Shown in pieces: positions 1-12,400 of a stretch of DNA of 64,000 nucleotides. The stretch spans positions 1,178,001-1,242,000 of the forward strand of contig JAQGDQ010000020.1 in the NCBI GenBank assembly GCA_030141605.1, given 5' to 3'. Origin of the DNA: Tubiluchus corallicola. Lineage: Eukaryota > Animalia > Priapulida. Position 1 is the first letter of the stretch, and every line of letters starts with the position of its first letter. Both the position numbers and the translations under genes were made by a program. Under the pieces are notes generated by a model, which saw nothing but the letters and a program-made list of their open reading frames with translations, did no database searches and was not told where the DNA came from.

Positions 1-532
1 CAGTAAGACAAATGCTATGCTAAGTAAATTTACTTTGAAGAAATTCGCATGTACCAAAAAGTACTGCTAACGTCGTTTTTAACATTTGCAGCAGTTTTTC
101 TTGGAATAGAAAGATTTTGTAAGCAATCGCTTGCATCAGAGAAATTGTGCAATTTCCCGTGAGTGACTGAAAAGGAGGATTAACTTTGTGCTTAAATTGT
201 GCTTTGCGTTTGCTCCGGTGACGTCCATGATTATTGACCCATCTGATGGCTTCTTACGATTTTTACGTTGTTTTGACGAATAAAGAACAACCAACTGCTA
301 AACGTTCAAGTTTTTTTCTGATTTTCACACAACGTGACACAGAGAATATCGAACTATTATTTTCAAAGGGAAAATAAAAGCCAACGCCCACTTAACCAAA
401 GACATGGCTTTTATTCAGAGACAAAACCTGCAACGTTTCGACCAGTTATGGTCATGTTCGCTCAGCAATCCACTTAAATAAAATTGCGGCATAAAAAAGT
501 CACAAAAATCAACATAGTCAGAAGAAAACAAG

Positions 533-828
533 ACAAATACTAAATTGTAAACTTACAATTTGTGTGATACAATGACGAATGACAAAAAAATAAATACTAA
601 ATACTAAATAATAAATAACAAATACTAAATTGTAAACTTACAATTCGTGTGATACTAAGACGAATGACAGAAAAAATAAATACTAAATAATAAATAACAA
701 ATACTAAATTATAAACTTACAATTCGTGTGATACGAAGGCGAATGACAGAAAAAATAAATACTAAATAATAAATAACAAATACTAAATTATAAACTTACA
801 ATTCGTGTGATACAAAGACGAATGACAT
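533..828. repeat. 79-bp tandem repeat, about 3.7 copies
   Basis: ACAAATACTAAATT(G/A)TAAACTTACAATT(C/T)GTGTGATAC recurs at 533, 618, 697 and 776. Confidence 0.9.
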
Positions 829-1159
829 TTCATTTTTTGACTGATGCCTGTAGATAATAATAAGAGAACCTTTGCAGAAAACATGAACAATACTGAACAT
901 GTTGTATGAATATGACCAAAACTGTTTGAAGCATTGCAGATGTTTTGTATGAATGAAACCATGTCTTTGCTTAAGTGGGTGCTGGTTGTTATTCTCATTT
1001 TAAGAATTCATTTTCCTCATCACCGATCAGCTACTATTTTGTTTGCTAAGATGTGTTATTCAGCCTGATATTTATTTTTTCTGCAATATGTGTTGTTACA
1101 TTTTTTTATATCATTCATATTGACAGAGATAAATATTAATGGCACGAAAACTAACAACG

Positions 1160-1502
1160 AGTAAAAAAATTCCACGGTTAAAAAAATGAGGCAAAAGAGA
1201 AAGGGCACACCGTTTTGAACTACCAGTTGTAGTTCTTCTTCGGGTGAGCATAAAAACACACAAAAAAGAGAAAAATCACAGTTACTAGAAGTACTAAAGT
1301 AATTGTTTTGGGGTATTTTTATATGATTAACGTAAAAAGGATAACACACTGAAAGAGATACAAGCACATAGAAAAAACACAGAAACGCAGCAGTGGCTTT
1401 TTCTGTTTTTTTGTGTTCACCTGAAGAACTACGGTGGTAGTTTGAAACACTGTGTGCCCTTTCTTTTTTTGCATCGTTTTCTTAATTGTAGAATTTTTGT
1501 TC
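1160..1502. repeat. Imperfect inverted repeat (fold-back), arms about 1160-1280 and 1390-1502
   Basis: GAAAGGGCACAC...AACTACC...GTAGTTCTTC...GGTGA on the left is mirrored in reverse complement on the right. Confidence 0.75.
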
Positions 1503-2884
1503 ATCATTCATTTAGGTTAAGCATAAAGTCATTCATACAATATTGCATGTCATTTTAATTCCGATTAACTACAATTAGTAAGCATCCTGTTTCTTAATTG
1601 TTACTGTGTGTAAATGGTTGTGGTGGGACCGGAACTTACCTCATCATCAAGAATAATCCTGTAAGTGGAGACATTCCATTAACGCAGAAGTGGGCAGAGA
1701 CTACAACTAAAGCTTGTTTGAAAGGCCCCCTGCTGCTAACAAATCGGTATTAAACCCCTGATGTGCTTGTCACAATAACATTTGCCTTCCCGGACTGGTG
1801 GTTGTCGCCACCTTTAATCAAGCAAAATTTTGATTAACTGTGTCGTCATGGTCTGGTCATTAGCTGTGTAATTAACTACAAATATGGTAATGTGGCAGTC
1901 ATTAACAAAGGGCTAACTGCTAAATAACAAAATTTTGAGCCGCTTCTTGCGGGTAACATTATGACTGTAATTAGCCTCAAGACAGCACAGTGGCTGATGT
2001 ATTTGTTAGGTGAATTTACTGCTTGGCGTCTACGGCGATGCTCGGTGTTAACTGAAAACATACTAATCATCAAGTGTTAGTAACGATCATCTATGGGTTT
2101 AGTGTCTGGTTTACCGTTCTAATTGGTTCCAATTAGCAAAGGAACTGATAGATAGGAAATGTATGTGCAGGTCGGAAGTGCGAAAACTCGGATTTTATCA
2201 ATTAATGTAGAGTCACTCTCGAGTTTATCCAAATCTGTTTAATTTGTGCTATTAAAATCATCTTTCTGTTGAAATACTTGCATTAGCCCGTTAGAGGTAA
2301 CTCGGAATTTAGGCATAACATTTGAAAAGTGTAAATTGTTCCACCACTTTCGAACGATTATGCACAATGAGCTTTATAAGTTATATTACTGGACATAAAC
2401 AAGAAACTAATAAACATATGTTTGATTAGATAAATTATACCCGTCCTAACGTAGCTAATGGTTATTCATTTCATGATATTATGTACCTAATGTATGTAAT
2501 ATATAGTGTCTAACATCATGAGATAATGCTACTAAAAGATTTTCCCAGGCCGACAACAGTAACATTCCCTTCTCTTACCTTTTGTCCCAGTGTATCATCT
2601 TACATGCTTCTTGACTTTCCTCCTGATTCTTGTTGTCGCATTAGTTTAACTTGCAATCATAATTTTGCATTTTGTTTCAATGATGCTGTAAATGTCTGAG
2701 GCATATTATTAGCTTAATTGCTGTCCGCCAAACGTTTTCATTTGTAAAATAAAAGACGTCATGAGACAAGCAGCCATTTTGATTGTCAGGTTTGCTGTAA
2801 TCTATGATAATCATTAATTTGTTTTTTAACTTTTCAAACAAGATCATTTTTGCCAATTATTATTGTGCATACAAACACGTGTGC

Positions 2885-3208
2885 AAAGTTTGATGTATTA
2901 GTAATATTATTCAAAAGTGTGATATATTAATAAAATTAATCAAAGTGTGATGTATTTATAACATTAATCAAAGTGTGATGTATTAATAACATTAATCAAA
3001 GTGTTATGTATTAATAACATTAATCAAAGGGTGGCATATTAATACCATTAATCAAAGTGTGATGTATTAATAACATTAATCAAAGTGTGATATATTAATA
3101 ACATTAATCAAAGTGTGATGTATTAATAACATTAATCAAAGTGTGATATTTTAATAGCATTAATCAAAGTGTGATATTATAATAACATTAATCAAAGTGT
3201 GATGTATT
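2885..3208. repeat. 29-bp minisatellite, about 10-11 copies
   Basis: Unit TTAATCAAAGTGTGATGTATTAATAACAT. Confidence 0.95.
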
Positions 3209-3214
3209 GTCTAG

Positions 3215-3408
3215 GGACACGTACGTGCAGAAAATACGCAGGGATGAGGAGGTGCGTCGAAGAGGAGGTAGCGGCAGCCGTCATCAAGATGCCGCAAACA
3301 TGCGGGGAAATCACGACGATGAGAGGGAATGCAGGGATGAGGAAGAAGACGATGACAGTGATGATGAGGATGTCTCGCGTCAGCATCATAATCATCACTC
3401 AGATGATG
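3215..3408 (+). CDS. lin-10: X11/LIN-10 N-terminal exon (acidic/His-rich, [12 protein letters not shown]...HHNHHSDD)
   Basis: ctag acceptor at 3211-3214, GC-rich open frame, gtagtt donor at 3409; exits in phase 1, matching the exon at 4018. Confidence 0.7.
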
Positions 3409-6400
3409 GTAGTTTTTTGTTTTTCCTCTTTGTTGACAAATGTTTTTTTCCTGTACATGTTAGGTGTAAAGTGTGGTGAATTTGTTGTTGTTCCATTTGT
3501 GAGTTGGAAATTGCTCTGAAATCTGGTGCTTTGTGCCAAACTAGGGCTGTGGGGGCTGCCCTTTCGAATTTCCTGTGAACAATTTTTCATTTTGCCATAT
3601 CCACAAGAACAGTAACATACCAATGTGGTTTTCGTGATGAGTTGCCGAGGGGGGAGCAAGGAGAGCAGTATTACTGCTATTGTTCTAAAGTGTTTCTGCT
3701 GGGGTTTGTCAATGTGTGTCTGAATGGACAACGTTGATGAGCCTGACTTCTGCCATGTCACATTGTACTTAATACAGTTGTTGTTGTGCAGTGTGACATA
3801 GTACTTGCGTAACCATAAATGATTACACTTGTTGTGCAGGAACTATGACACAACACGGTTGCTGGAAAACATAATGTTTACAGGTGTCTTAGTTATGTCT
3901 GATGTTCCCAGACATCATGTTCAATGTGTAATGTAATTCTAATATTTATAATCGTTGTGCATTCATGTTTTACTTACCGTTATTATGTTCCGTATTTATT
4001 CTTCAATTTGCCTCTAGACATTCAGGTAGACAGTTGCCATGAGCAGACCGTTGCCGTAAAGCCGCCGACGGCTCCCCTCCGTGGTAGGTTAAGTAACAAC
4101 AGTGAGAACTTTGCATGAGTAATGAAACGTGCATGCGCTTACCAAATTGTACTATATTTTGTCTAATGAGCACTTTTAATTTCGTTTAATAGCGTAGATC
4201 TTTTTGGCTTAGTATGGAAACAGTTAGTAGTGTAGTTTGAAATTTCAGGCTCAAATGTCACTGTTGAAAATTTGTGGTCACTAATCGAATTCGTTTGGTG
4301 GTGCCACAGTAACTTGTCTCAATTCACAGTGTGTGCTTTAATTACAGTAATACTGCCTTTCTTTTTGAATAAATATGTCATTTATTGTGGATTTAATACT
4401 ATTACTGCGAGCTGTTACCTGTTGGATAATATTGCTGCAGCTGTTAAATATTGGACCAGGTAATTTAGGTTAGAGAAGGGAATCAGAACTAACTATTTTG
4501 ATTCCGTGATGTGTTTTCTATTCAGTAAAACTAATCGAACTATTGTGAATCATGCTTGCTATTCTTACTATATTGTTTTTTAATTAATCATTAATACTTT
4601 CATGAGTAAAAACTTAAGAATAGGTCTGTACTTTACAAGAACTTGATACTAATAATAATTTCCAGAAGAGAGAATGTTCAACACATTATTAGTTAAGAAG
4701 TTTGTGTTAAGACTTGCTAAAGCAGTGTGTGTATGCATTTCAATTCTAGGTTTCTCGGACATGCTTTCAACTTAAGTTTGATAACTTGTTTTGCAACTAA
4801 CCAATATATTTTTTAAGTTTAATTAATTATCAAGTATTATTTTCATTTTGTGTTGATATTGCATGTCAAAGTTTGGAGCATCTTAAAAGTTTTTACAGTA
4901 TGAATTTTGTCATTTAATACAAATGAGTCTTTCTTTGCCCTTTGACATTTACCACGGATGATATACGTGTACATTAATTAGTAAAGTCGGTATTAACAAC
5001 GCCAAGGCAATTATGCTTCTATTGACTTGGCTCGAATTAAGCCAGCGTGGCGTTGCGTTCATTTGTTTGCTCAGTTGTCATAAATTTTGCAAACGTCTCA
5101 TCTTCCTTTGCTGGGTTCATTTTATTCCCGGGAGAAATAAACCGTTTTTGGCCGCGGAAATTTCCTCAATTTTTCACGAATGTTTTTACTAGTTTAATTT
5201 CGCGTGGTGTCATAACAGCGGCAGTTCAAAACCGTTTAGCCAATTTAAATTTATAGACAGTTTCGCTCGTAAATTTGTGACTTGACGTTTATAACTGCGC
5301 AATATAATGATGCTTAAGTAAAACAATGCAAGAAAGCATAAATTTCAAAATTCTTTATCGACCATATTTCAAATGTTAATTTGTTACAAAACAGTTGCTA
5401 GGGATGTGAAATTGTCTCATAAGTTTCTGCTAGTTGTAGGTGTAACTACATTGTATTAAGTCTAGGTACCCTGAGGTTTCTGTATCATCTTGACAATTGG
5501 AGCCAAGAATGGCAGAGAGACTGGTGAGTGACTGGATGGGTTAACTTTTGGATTCTCACTTTGGTTGGTTTCGTTTGCCGTGCTGATTATGGCCATTTAC
5601 CTCATAGACAGAGAATGTGTATATATCCAAATATGGCTAAGATGCCTCTGCCAGTTCAGTGGCTCATCTTACAAGCATATCGTCGATAATTAGTCAGTTT
5701 TCAGTCTTGCCACGACCATCCAACAAGTAAGAGTTGTTGTTGAATCTGGATTCCGAGTTGCAGAATTCCGAATTGGATAAAAATGACTTTGCTGTTTAAG
5801 TCATTTGCAACAATTCCTAACCTCACTAATTATGGCTGCAACTATAGTTTTGCATTTGAATTATTTCAATGCTTTTGAATTGTGTTAGAATCCTCTTCAA
5901 AACTGCGTTATCCTTTCCTTTTACTGTGGTTGATTTAACAGTTCTAAACCTGAGCTTTTAAATCTTTTAAGGAGATGCCCTGGAATGTGTTATCTTCTCC
6001 TTTAACTGTGGTTGATTTAACAGATTGAAATTTGAACTTTTAAATCTTTTGAGAGTTCTTGAAACTGTATTATCTTTTAACTGTTCTTAATTGAAGAATT
6101 GCAAATTTGAAGTTGTTATTGCATTCATTAAATTTATAACTTCATTATATTTAAAGATGCTCCATTCTCTGACATTCGAGAAGTTTACGTTAGCTTTATG
6201 TTAAGTTACGAATATACTTTTACGTTCGAAAGCTGATCGATATGATTTTGTTTAGGTTATGTCGGGTGATGATGATCGTTATGAGTTTCTTTCGCCGTTT
6301 CTGGATTTTCGTTTTAGATCATTTGATGCTTGAGGCGATTGTCCTTTCTTGCTTTTGTTGACCATTATGTTTTTTGTTTGTTGTTTTTGTTTATTGTGCA

Positions 6401-9400
6401 CGTGTCTTGTAAATACGATCATGTGCTTGTGCTCGTGCAATGATGTAGATAGTTTTTTTGTCGCTTTTTGTGAATTTGTAGCTTGTTGCGTCATATAGAA
6501 CTATTTCCAGCCTTGACATTTCAGATTCCGGAACAGACACGGAAACGGATAAACTTCTTGGCAAGAAACGGGAATATTACGACGATCGCGATGAAGCCAA
6601 ACCTCCGAGAGCTGAAAAGGTATCCCAACTGAACGTTTCAGTTGTAAAATTTTGTGGTCTGACCAATTTAGTGAAATGTTGCGAAACCGTAAATGCATAT
6701 AAACTCGTCTAATTTTAGTTTTTTGTAAAAACTTGATCTTTATGATTGGTTTCACTTTTTTCAGTTGTGTTTATTAAAAACAGTTTAGATTGTTTATGCT
6801 TTTTTTGTTACATTGATATTGTTTTTTTTTTTTTGACATTTTGTCTTATCAATCTGTCCACATACTGTAATTGTGGACACGAGCAACATTCTCTTGGTAG
6901 TAAGTCTTACTAAGCATTTTGGGTTGCAGTTATTGATTTTTGCTCGAACACATGAGGCTGTTTGGTCGTGGTAACAGACGAACATCGTTTAAAGAGAATG
7001 GAAATGTTTAATTCTAATTTGAGACCCTCATAAATCCTAACAAGTGCTATTTTGGCCGCCATATTGGATCGGAAGTGACGGTCACCTAAATAATGTGTCC
7101 GTCCCAGAGACTAGTATTTGGCCATATCTAAGTATCTAACACCTAAACATAACTTAAATAATAATATTTTAGCCCCCATATTGGATCTAAGATGGCGGTG
7201 ACCGTAATTCACTCCCATCTCTTTTCCAGTGTCCTAGTATTACTCACGCAAAATTTCACAAAATCCATGCAGTCATTTGCCCGCCCTTGAAAACCAAACG
7301 TCTAACTCGGCTCGCTTATAGCACAGACATCATGTGTGGTTTATTTATTTTATGTCTGTTATGTGTAAAGAGTGGGAGGAATAACACATTAATTATTTAC
7401 AAATTCAATCAGGGTCATAAAAGATTTAAATTACATTTTTGTGTTTCTACCTGCTTACGTTTTTCAATGAATAACCATTAAATTCTTCAGAAAATATTTA
7501 TCCAAATTTTTCCCTTGCAGATTGACTGCCCACACCCACGTACGAAGGAAGGTGAGGAGGAATCCTGTAGGTGTCATTGTTTTCCACTTGTTACCATGGT
7601 AACAGCACAGTCACATGACTCACTGTGGAAGGCTGTGTACCACCATACAGCACCTGCATGGCATTTTATTAGCAAGCCGGAGCGCTTTTCGTTTTTGCTG
7701 CAATCTGTTTTCTTTAAAAATGCCGGATTTCTATTTTCCCTAAAAAAAGAACTAGTGGGAAACTTTGTGTGGGGAAAATTTCTCATATTGTTGTATAAAA
7801 TGTTTCACCATCAGCACTACCTCGTGATTAGGGCAGGTTCCTTTTTTATGCTTCTAGAATTCCGCCGGCTCATTGTCTTAAAACAGAAATTATGGCATAA
7901 ATTCTAATAATGGTGGCGCTTTTGTCACAATATTGCTGGAACATTCAGATCATTTTGTTTGCACTGCTTGATTTGTCATTTGAGTGCTTATTCTTAATTA
8001 CCGTCAATTTATTAACATGGCTGTTGGCAGTGATAGCATGTGCAAATTTCCTTTGGTTAAGAGTCTGTTAATTATGCTGTACAGATGATTCAGCAGCTAG
8101 TCACGACTAAAAATAGCTGTTTTATAAGCTTCAAGTTCATTTTGAATGTACAATACATAAAGAAAGAAAATACATAACATTTTTCCTTTATTTTTAAGCA
8201 CAAAATAACATATTTTTTATTTATTTTCCTTCTTCCATGCATGAACTGATGTATTTTTACATGCTTTGTCTTTCTTTGTTTCTGTTCAAATTAAAAAAGA
8301 TCTGCCATATTGCATGCTTTGCTAACAGCTGCATGAATTTGCCTTTTATTGTTTTTACGGAAGCTTTACATGGTGGCGTAGCAATATTTCATTGGGAGTT
8401 GTGTCCTGTGAATGTTACTAGGGTACTTCATTTATTTGATTTCGTACTAATAGTAAATTAGTATTAGGCACGCTTTCCATGTGCACGATATCGCGTGTGC
8501 TACAGTGCGTGGAAAAGTCGGTTCATTGCTGTTGTGTGCCACTGTTTCCATGTGGCCGTTTCTGAATGCTGATAATTTCTCGCAGCAAAAGGACACTCGC
8601 GCCTGCTCGGACTGTGTAAATATCATAATCATGGCCAGCAACAGGTTAGAAATTTTGATGTTACTTCTCAGATGAAGACAGAGGTTTGTTGTAATTGAGG
8701 TAACTGTCACTCGTTGATGAACATAGGAGCCACAGGTTCTAGGTCCATGACATACTCAAGCAACAATATGAGTTTGGAGTATACTATCACATGGTGACAG
8801 AGCTGGAACCAGACAGTCAGAAATACCACAGTTATTTCCGTATGTCAGCAGATAAGCAGCTGGAGTGTGTACCGAGACCAGATGATGTTCTAATTCTGTG
8901 ATTCCACAAACATGGAAGTATATTATCCCGCATGCAGAAACTCATGCTGTAAAACTTCCCCGTGTAAACGCGCACATGAAAAGTGCGCCTTAGGCTTGTC
9001 TTTGTCGGTAACTCGATATGCTTTTGTAAACCTCTGTGAAATATATTTATGTGCCTTGGGTATCTGTATTTGTACTTGTGAGTCATGGTATGTATGCAGT
9101 ATGATAAGCAACCTTTTTATTAGTCAAACTGCACCTTAGCAATTGCACACCGAATATGTTAAGTCGAAATATGTTACTCAGACGAGTTGTATTTGCCCTA
9201 CATCATGGGTTGATTTAATTCATTAGAGCCTTTTGCATGAATGATAATCACGGAATTTTGATCAATCATTAGACGTGTCTATTCGCCTTAAAGTTGATTA
9301 AAGCTGTCAACTGGCTTCGCGAAGTAAGACTAGCACTCAATGTAGTGTAATTGCTTCAGAAGGCAGTGTCAGATTTTAATCTCTAACAAGGAGAGTCGTT

Positions 9401-12400
9401 TGTAGAAGATGGCTTCTGTCCTCGAGCAATTCTACCTTTTCTAGTTTGTTTTAGAATTGACCAAGCTTGGCATCAAATATTGCCGAAATGACTTGTGATG
9501 TGTCTGATTAAACCATATGAGCTATGGATAGGCGTCTTGCTTTTTGCAACTATGTGGTATTGTTCAACTATTTTCTGTGTGTGTGTATGGCTTTACAAAA
9601 TAGCTTCATGGTAAACCGTACCCAATTTTAAACCCATTAATTTGTAATGTGTGATCAGTTATCTGTAATGCGTTATTGTGTATTGACTGTTTCTATGTGT
9701 CCTTAAATGCTATGCATATTAACAAAACGTACAGCAGACATTCCGCCATTTTTGCATTTTTGCAAACAGTAATTTTTGGAAACCATGTCTCTGTCTAAAT
9801 TTAAGCGTGATAATTACAGCTGCAGCGTTAGCTTATTATTGTACTATTAACGGAAAAATTCAAAAGAAAGCACAGCTTTTGGATGCAGGGGAGAGAACAT
9901 TACGGCACGTATCATCCGTTAGTGATGCTGCTATTAGATGCACAACACATAACTACACGCTTCTTCCATCTCTTAAAAATTCAAGTAAAAAAATATAATT
10001 ATTTATAGATCCTAAAGTGACCAAAACTCACTTAACTAGAATTTTCAGAAACTTACAGAGCGAAAATGGTCACCGGAACCTTGAAAACTCGCTATAATCA
10101 CCTAGTCCTAGGCAATGTTGATTTCGCGTCTGTGTGTTGCTGCATGGCGTGTATTTGGACGACAGCAATCGCGTGCGAATGAATACGGATCACGCATTAC
10201 GGATCATGCATTAAGTACACATGGAGTCATACCTTTAGTCAAAACAGTCTACTCCTTAAAATTTTGAAAGGGAACGTACTATTTTTTCAAGAATTATTAC
10301 TGCACAAATGTAATTTCCCATACTCGCCACTAGTTCTTCGCTGTTACATGCATTTCGCCATTCGCTGGTCAGAAGGGCACTAGTGCCTGTATTTCGGAAA
10401 TGTGTTGCACAAAAAGCAGATGCTGTACCTCTCAGTTCAGGGGCATTTGATGAACTGCACACGTTCGACAGGTCATGCATTAGCACAGCAAAATTTGAAT
10501 TTTTATCTTAAAACCTGCCAAGTTTTAGTGTAACACACTAAATCTCTTACAGTAGCACTGTCCTTCGAAATTCGCTTGCGCAAATACGTGCAACACGTTC
10601 ATGAACTTTTTCTCCTGTTTAAAATTATGTTCACTTGTGATGTCATCAATAGTTGGGCACGTGTACCATTAATTAAGATTTAAACTTTTATTTAATTGTC
10701 ACAAACTGTTTTCCAGTATTACTGATGTTAAAATGCATACTTTTTACCATACTTTAAAATAGGTAGCATATGAAAAATCATCCATCTTCCTTTAAGAATT
10801 ATGTACAAATAAGCATATCCATCTTGCATTAATGTTTTGGTAGCTATTGCTGTTCACCAGTAGAGGATTTTTTCCTGCATAGTTTAGCTACTTGGTTAAA
10901 AATACTGACTCTAGTGTAACTGAAAGTTTAGGATCACTAATGTTGCTTTAAATGACTTGCATTCTGCCTAGAATAACTGATGTTGTCAAGCTCTGTTGTG
11001 AACGTTTTAATTGTTCCTACGTCTCTTAAAAACTGACATTCCTTCTCTTGTGTGCAACATGGTCGTCAAGCTTCAGTCTGAAAATTCTTGTGTTTCAAAA
11101 CAAATATCAGTTAAATGCAAAAAGAATTACAAAATGGCAAGATTCACAAAAACTGTTTTGCAGATTTTTAAAAATTGGCATCCTTCTTTTTTAATTTTTT
11201 AAGCATTAAAAAATATGTATTTTTACATGTCAAGGAAAACAATTTTTTTAAAATTGGTAGGCTTAGTACTATATTTTTTCTTTAATTTTTATCACAACAT
11301 AAATGTGCTAATAACCACTATGTTGTGTGTATATTGTATGTATACTAACTCTTAGTCGTTTTTCTGTTTTTACTTTTGCCTCCTTCATTTGCTTCTGCAA
11401 ATTGTTCGACTGCGTAAATTTCTGTGGTAAGTTTTAGCGACTTTGCGTTGCTCTTTTTTACGCTTTGCCTGTTATATTGGTTTGCTATTCGCATTAGAGT
11501 AGGTATAAACTAGGAATTTTTCTGTAGTTACAAGCTTTATTAGTTTTGATATATCTACCTTTTTTATTTTTAGGTTTGTTCAAGTAGCTGTTTATTTTTT
11601 TATTTTTGTTGAATATTATGTTTGTTAAAGTTCATGCACTGCTGCTTCACCTTTTGTTTGTTTTTTTGTATTTGTAAAAGTTTTCGTTAGGAAAGTTACA
11701 TGCTCAAACACTTTCTTTTTTTCTGAGTTGTGAACAGCACTAGACTTTAAGCGTCATTTGTACATCACATTTTTTAACTCACAGTTTGAGTGTGGTTTTT
11801 GTCTTGTTTTACATGTGCTTTATGCGCAGGAATTCACCTGGGTCAACTTTAGCATAGCTTTCTGTGTTTTCTCTGTTAAGGCAAATGAACTTCTGTAGGA
11901 GCACGTGAAATTGATAAATATTGTATTTACGTCATACTTACAATGGTTACAATGTTTAACAGTGTGCAGTTTAGGTTTATTTATTTCATTTATTGAAGAT
12001 GAATTTATTTTAAAAACTTTCATAAGAATGTTAAATTCAAAGGTTTCCACCTGCGCAACTGAGTAGAGATACGTTTCTCATTGTCTGGGAGGGTTTCTGT
12101 TGTCTCTGTAATTATTAATATATTTCATAAATCCTACTGTACGTCTCATTGTGTCTATCATTTTTCATTATTTGTAGTGCCAGGGTAATGGTGCAACGCA
12201 CAATGGTTCTATCTCTTTGATATTGTTTATAGTGCACGTGTACTGTACAGTGTGCATTGTTTCACGCATTGTTTGTTTCATTGTTTCTAGTGTACACACA
12301 CAACCCTGAAGTTCTCATAGAGGGCGTCCTATTTCGAGCGCACTATCTCGGCTCTACGCAGCTGTTCTGTAGAGGCCCGCAGAGTAAAGCAACTCGGATG

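Noticed and set aside
12178-12184. tttgtag|TGCCAGG|gtaatg as a microexon
   Set aside because: 7 nt would shift the frame, and it lacks supporting upstream motifs.
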